Origin: Blepharisma stoltei ATCC 30299 | Lineage: Eukaryota; Protista; Ciliophora | Reading direction: 5' to 3' | DNA: 64,000 nt | NCBI GenBank assembly: GCA_965603825.1 | Contig: CBFDEM010000037.1 | Span: 186,001-250,000 of the forward strand | Shown here: positions 59,384 to 64,000 of the stretch, piece after piece | How positions within the stretch are numbered: position 1 is the first letter of the stretch | Layout: the number at the start of each line of letters is the position of its first letter | Position numbers and translations under genes: made by a program | The notes under the pieces: generated by a model | Told to the model about the DNA's origin: nothing | Database searches by the model: none | The model's input: the letters and a program-made list of their open reading frames with translations, nothing else

Positions 59384-60040
59384 TTAAGTTTGTTTTATAA
59401 AAACCATCAAAACCATTTCATTGCTAACATAATAGCTCAACAAAGTACTCTCATCTTGCAATTCTTTTCCTGCAAAAAACAGCCTCACATCTGAAGCCGA
59501 AATTCCTTCTTTCTTTGCATACTCTTCTTTTACCATGCTCACTTTATTTTTGCTTTCAATTTCAATTTCCACATCCTGAGCTTTCCCAGGTCTCCTAAGT
59601 TTTAGCTTTAAAAGCTCATTTTCCGCTACTTTTGGCCTGCTTACTTTGTGCTTTTTTTCATTCACAAATGCCGTAGGGTCGTTAACAATAAATGGAGGAA
59701 TTTCATAAATATTCCCATTGGTGTCTTCACATACAGTAATGGAGCCCTCTCTAAGAGTAATATTAGCCATTTGTAGTAAAACAGCAGCGGTAGCGTGGTC
59801 AGCCTCAACAGCACTTTTGATAGCTAGCCAAATGTGTCGTCTTCCGGTGGTTCGAGTCCTTCAGAATTCTTCTCGCTTTGCTTCAAGCTGTGGACGGGTT
59901 ATTGAGGCTTTTCAAGCTATGGTTTTTTTAATTCCTTCACCAGAAGTTTGGTCTGGAATTTCTTGATAGTCTTTGCCTATACTGAATTTCGGACGAGTTA
60001 CGGAATCGTCAGGTTCGCTCCTTGCACAGAAATTACCCAT
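59384..60040 (-). CDS. UBTD1/2 (DC-UbP)-like ubiquitin-binding plus ubiquitin-like domain protein, 218 aa
   Basis: MGNFC start, QLEAKREEF(W)RT..GRRHIWLAIKSA, CEDTNGNIYEIPPF, RLFFAGKELQD. Confidence 0.88.
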
Positions 60041-60203
60041 TTTATAAGATTTTTTATTAAGATAAGCGATGTAGGAAACTAAGCTGACAACAATTTTATG
60101 ATTATTTAGTTTCTTTTTCAAATAGAGATATTATTAATAATTTTATTGAAAATTCTTTATGGTTTTTCTTATTTTGATTGAAAATATTTTTAATCTTAAA
60201 GTT

Positions 60204-60473
60204 TTATTGATTAGTCTGTTCCTTTGCCATTTCCTTTCTTATCCCGTATATTTTCTTCATCTGCTCTCTTACAGCTGGATCTGCGCTAATCTGATTCAGT
60301 TCTTTTTCAATTTCAATCATTTTTTGATCATGAATACTCCTTGAATATCGGTCAGCATTTTTAAAAGTCGCATATCCAAAGCCTATGCACGTAAGAAACA
60401 TAAAGCCAACTGCAAGAAATCTGGTATTATTGTTTGATAAAAGTTTGCTAGGAGGAAATGGAAGCCTTGGCAT
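60204..60473 (-). CDS. Small single-TM protein, 89 aa
   Basis: Clean ORF with one hydrophobic helix followed by a coiled coil. Confidence 0.65.
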   Translation of the reverse strand: MPRLPFPPSKLLSNNNTRFLAVGFMFLTCIGFGYATFKNADRYSRSIHDQKMIEIEKELNQISADPAVREQMKKIYGIRKEMAKEQTNQ

Positions 60474-60610
60474 TTATTTTTATTAATAAAGCATTTTTTA
60501 TGTAAGCGTATTTCAATACTCCAAAAGATTTCAGATAATTTCCCTAATTCTTGTATAGCCTTTTCATTAAAGAAAATCCTGATTTTACTATTATATAGGT
60601 ATTTTGAATA

Positions 60611-61447
60611 ATGGGCTGTCATTTAGGAAGAGATGGCGATTATGCTGGTAAAGAAGAAGAAGAAATTATAAAAAGAGCTGAAGACACTTTAGGATTTACA
60701 AATTTAGAATCAAAAGAGCTAGATCGAACTTTCCATCGATTTTCAACAGATTTTAAGATGACTGACAACCAATTTTTCACAAGCTTAGAAGACATAAACG
60801 TCGATACTAAGCCAATTAGAACCTATGATGCAGCCTCACCAATCTGCAAATTCTATGATGAATTTAAAGATGAAGAAAATTTTTTTCATGCACAAAGGCT
60901 TACATGTCTCGGCATTTTGCTAGGAAATGGAGCTGTTGCTGATAAAGCACTTGTGCTGTTTGAAAACTATGATATGGACACTTCTAAAAGTATCAGCCAA
61001 CAAGAGTTTTTATGCCTTCTTAAAGATCTCGTCAATATAAGCTTAGTTTGGCTTCCTAAATATGCGATGGAATTATGCCAAGGGGATGAGAAAATGAAGC
61101 TTCAGCAATATATAGAAAAATTAGCGAATATTAAAGATACGCTCGTCGTTTATCTTTCTCAGCGTGTTAATGAAATTGATGATGAGGAGCTATCGAAACC
61201 TTTGTTTTTGGTATCTTTTAAAGATGAAGAAGTCAAAAGCTTACTTCAGTCTCACAGCCTGAGGAAACTTGCATTGGAAAAATATAATGATTTAATAGCC
61301 CCAGCGACACTTGTGAGAGCTTATATGAGGGATGAGCATAAATTTAATGAGAGAATGAAAGATCCGCTGTTTAGAGATATGCTGGAAGACAAGCTAATTA
61401 GTGAAAATATGGGCGAACTTGAAAAAGAAGCTGAAAGAAAGAAATAA
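60611..61447 (+). CDS. N-myristoylated (MGC) EF-hand protein, 278 aa
   Basis: EF loop DMDTSKSISQQE. Confidence 0.75.
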   Translation: MGCHLGRDGDYAGKEEEEIIKRAEDTLGFTNLESKELDRTFHRFSTDFKMTDNQFFTSLEDINVDTKPIRTYDAASPICKFYDEFKDEENFFHAQRLTCLGILLGNGAVADKALVLFENYDMDTSKSISQQEFLCLLKDLVNISLVWLPKYAMELCQGDEKMKLQQYIEKLANIKDTLVVYLSQRVNEIDDEELSKPLFLVSFKDEEVKSLLQSHSLRKLALEKYNDLIAPATLVRAYMRDEHKFNERMKDPLFRDMLEDKLISENMGELEKEAERKK

Positions 61448-61456
61448 TGTAATTAA

Positions 61457-62719
61457 TTACTTCTTCATTGTGATATCTTGATGAACTTTTATTGTGTGAT
61501 CAAATTTATCATAAGACACTGAAACGTCTCTTGGAACTGTCCATACATAATTTTCCATTGCATGCTTAGCTTCTTCAAAACTATTTGACCAGAAATAAAT
61601 TGGCTGCAATGATGTGATAGGAAATGGGACATGGGCCGCCTTTAGAGGGTCAAAAAACCTGATTTCAGGTTTGTCTGAAACTGCATTTTTAATCTCATCA
61701 ACTGAGCTTAAACATCCAGCTCCATATACTTTTTTTTCTCCATTTGCCTTCTTAATAATCCCAAATTCAATAGAATACCAATAGCAAGTGCCTAATTTTT
61801 TTATTTCTTCATCACTAACTCCTAGTGAAGCTAGTCCAATTTCTTGTGAAAAGTCAGCAAAATCAGGATCTGCAAATAGAGGAGCATGCCCAATTAATTC
61901 ATGAATTATGTCTGGTTCTGGTGTATAAAATGGCACCGAATGATGCCTTATATATTGTGTTGACGCAAAAACTCTAAATGCCAAAAAATTCAAAAAATCT
62001 CTTTGAGATAGCAACCCAGTGATGGGCTTCAGCCTAAATCCAGTTTTTTGTATTAAATATTCATTAATATCTTGTAGCTGTGGGATATTGTCCTCCCTAA
62101 AACTGCAATGTTTTTTAAACTCTTCAACAGCTTGATTATATTCATCACATGCATACTGTTTATGCAGAGGGTCTAAAGCTCTATAAGCAGTTTGCCAGGT
62201 CTCTATTTCTTGGTCAGTATAATGGACAACAGGTACTTTTGCATCACTAAGTTTATAGCCCATGGCGATTTTCGCTATTTCTGTTCTTCTTTGTCTATAA
62301 ATTTCATCATTAAATCCTGGATGATCACTATCTAAATCGGCACCAGCAGCTAGGCAAGACTGGTCCAAATGGTCAAGGTCTTCGAATGATCTTGGGAACC
62401 ATGGAACTTCTTTGCTTTTAACAATTTGTGTTTTAAAACCAAGTTTGTCTAGGTGCTTTAGTATCCTTTTCATCTTAGGGTCATCACTTAATTCGAAATC
62501 AAGCTTAAAGTCATAGCCTTTTCGGAAGTCAATAATTTCTGCCGGGCGAGATTGAATGTGGGTAATATTGATGTTGTAAGCCGAAAAAGCTTCAAGAGCA
62601 TCTTGAAGTCTGCCTGGTCCGTCGTTTTTAACAGTTAAAATCATTGATTTGAGGTGCTCCAAAGGCTCATGGTGAGATTTTAGCTTGGAGAAAAACCGGG
62701 CTAAACGATAGCAGCTCAT
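61457..62719 (-). CDS. PAH: Phenylalanine-4-hydroxylase (ACT domain plus biopterin-dependent hydroxylase)
   Basis: THIQSRP, VPWFPR, DHPGFND, YTPEPDIIHELIGHAP, YWYSIEFG, YGAGCLSS. Confidence 0.92.
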   Translation of the reverse strand: MSCYRLARFFSKLKSHHEPLEHLKSMILTVKNDGPGRLQDALEAFSAYNINITHIQSRPAEIIDFRKGYDFKLDFELSDDPKMKRILKHLDKLGFKTQIVKSKEVPWFPRSFEDLDHLDQSCLAAGADLDSDHPGFNDEIYRQRRTEIAKIAMGYKLSDAKVPVVHYTDQEIETWQTAYRALDPLHKQYACDEYNQAVEEFKKHCSFREDNIPQLQDINEYLIQKTGFRLKPITGLLSQRDFLNFLAFRVFASTQYIRHHSVPFYTPEPDIIHELIGHAPLFADPDFADFSQEIGLASLGVSDEEIKKLGTCYWYSIEFGIIKKANGEKKVYGAGCLSSVDEIKNAVSDKPEIRFFDPLKAAHVPFPITSLQPIYFWSNSFEEAKHAMENYVWTVPRDVSVSYDKFDHTIKVHQDITMKK

Positions 62720-62939
62720 TTATAAACTATTGACTAATTTTAATGTGGATAAAATTGCGAATTAAATAATAGGATAATAATCATAAAACATTGAGAGAAT
62801 AATTAATAAAAACCTTCGAAATGACTATTTGGTACTTAGGATTTCTTTGTTAATAAAATGAGCAGTAAATAAGCAGTTGAGAAAAAAACTGATAAAACAT
62901 TAATTATACATAAATAAAATAGTTTACAGTAAACTCTCC

Positions 62940-63467
62940 ATGGAAGCTCCTCTCTCACAAAGCTGCAGGTCTTCTTCAAATTTATTTACCTTTGAGCCTA
63001 TTGATCTCATGCAAACTCAACACAGGATTGAGCATAGGCGAAAAAATTCTTATATCAGAATAAGCATAAAACAACAAAAGCCAACAAATTCAGTTGTAAA
63101 GAAGCAGCAATCTTCTATAAAATTAAAAGGCAAGCAGACTTTAACAAATGCTATGAGTTGTCGAAAACTGATTAGCTCTGATTGTCTAAGCAATAATTTT
63201 ACTCAAACATATAAGCCGCAATTATTGATTAAGAAAATTCCTTTAATTAATTCCAGGCAATTGACTGATAGAAAAAGCAATAAAATTCCAACTTATAGGA
63301 ATTCTTTGAAATTTAATTATGGCAGTCAATTCAATGAGTTTCAAAATTTTGAAGCTGAAGAAGCAAAATTAGAGATGCTTAAAATAGTTATTCAGTCGCC
63401 AAAAATTGAAAACACAGCTGAATCATCTTCTGATGAGGAAATTTATGAGCCAAAATATTCTTTATAA
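62940..63467 (+). CDS. Hypothetical basic protein, 175 aa
   Basis: ATG-TAA ORF preceding a very AT-rich tail. Confidence 0.6.
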   Translation: MEAPLSQSCRSSSNLFTFEPIDLMQTQHRIEHRRKNSYIRISIKQQKPTNSVVKKQQSSIKLKGKQTLTNAMSCRKLISSDCLSNNFTQTYKPQLLIKKIPLINSRQLTDRKSNKIPTYRNSLKFNYGSQFNEFQNFEAEEAKLEMLKIVIQSPKIENTAESSSDEEIYEPKYSL

Positions 63468-64000
63468 AACATTTTTTATGATCAGAATTTTAAGATTAAT
63501 ATATTTGGAGTGATCTTACTTTATAAGTATATGCTGCATTTTAATATTATTTAATATATAAGTTAGAAGATTGATTAAACATATCACTCAACAAATTTAT
63601 TTTATTTTTAGTAACCTTAAAATCGTGAATTCTATATATCTATTTTTTATTAAATTAAATTTTATTTTGGATAGAGCGATTGCTATTTATATCGTAAAAC
63701 TAAAATTTATTTAGAATTTTTGAGTTTCTGATTTTATTATTTCAATATTTTAAATTTAATAATTCCAAAATCAGTTTGTATAAAAATTGTTGAAGAATTA
63801 AATAAAAAGAGAATAGTCTAATTATTTTTAGATTTAAGGTTTAATGTCTTCCAAATATCATTTAAATGTGTTTATCAGCAGATTATAATTATAATAAGTC
63901 TAATTTTTTTTTCTAATTTAATAACTAATATTTATCTCTTTATATTATTATGACTCCTATTTTTTAATCATTTTAGCCATATTTTGTTTAATTTTTATAA

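Noticed and set aside
291-60622. Numerous short antisense or alternate-frame ORFs in the track (e.g. 291-545, 9523-9852, 32053-32376, 51199-51552)
   Set aside because: Shadows of well-supported genes on the opposite strand or in another frame
1-64000. Reading the many split ORFs as pseudogenes or as selenocysteine/readthrough genes
   Set aside because: The TGAs fall on conserved Trp positions in essential genes; a reassigned code explains all of them
1-64000. Prokaryotic systems (CRISPR, operons, IS elements), transposases, telomeric repeats, tRNA/rRNA
   Set aside because: None recognised by eye; gene content and introns are eukaryotic
63470-64000. Very AT-rich end as a retained IES or subtelomere
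   Set aside because: No telomeric repeat or diagnostic boundary is visible; would need MAC/MIC read comparison

Overview
AT-rich, gene-dense eukaryotic DNA, most likely the somatic (macronuclear) genome of a heterotrich ciliate of the Blepharisma type. TGA is read as Trp: it falls on conserved Trp positions of IWS1, IFT80, TMEM147, HECT and UBTD proteins, and genes end in TAA/TAG. Genes carry 15-16 nt GTA...A-NNNAG introns. The supplied ORF track therefore fragments most genes. Re-joining the fragments gives about 43 protein genes, including transaldolase, Timeless, two HECT E3s, a DHHC enzyme, IFT80, TMEM147, NUS1, IWS1, an S11 DD-carboxypeptidase, mARC/MOSC, RPL18A, DUF1015, glucosidase II beta, an ion-channel/adenylyl cyclase fusion, mitochondrial SerRS, a transportin-3-like karyopherin and PAH. 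A decayed paralog island lies at about 22-28 kb. Most unusual items: (1) a cysteine phosphatase fused to an apparently catalytically dead oligoribonuclease (Orn/REX2) domain; (2) a 1046-aa polytopic membrane repeat protein with an internal F-box; (3) a glucosidase II beta gene that is only in frame if a non-canonical 16-nt GT-GG intron is used; (4) a mitochondrially targeted DUF1015 protein; (5) a tandem two-gene duplication with reciprocal pseudogenisation; (6) an 80-aa micro-gene absent from the ORF track; (7) candidate H/ACA snoRNAs. All family assignments are by-eye motif recognition; no database search was run.
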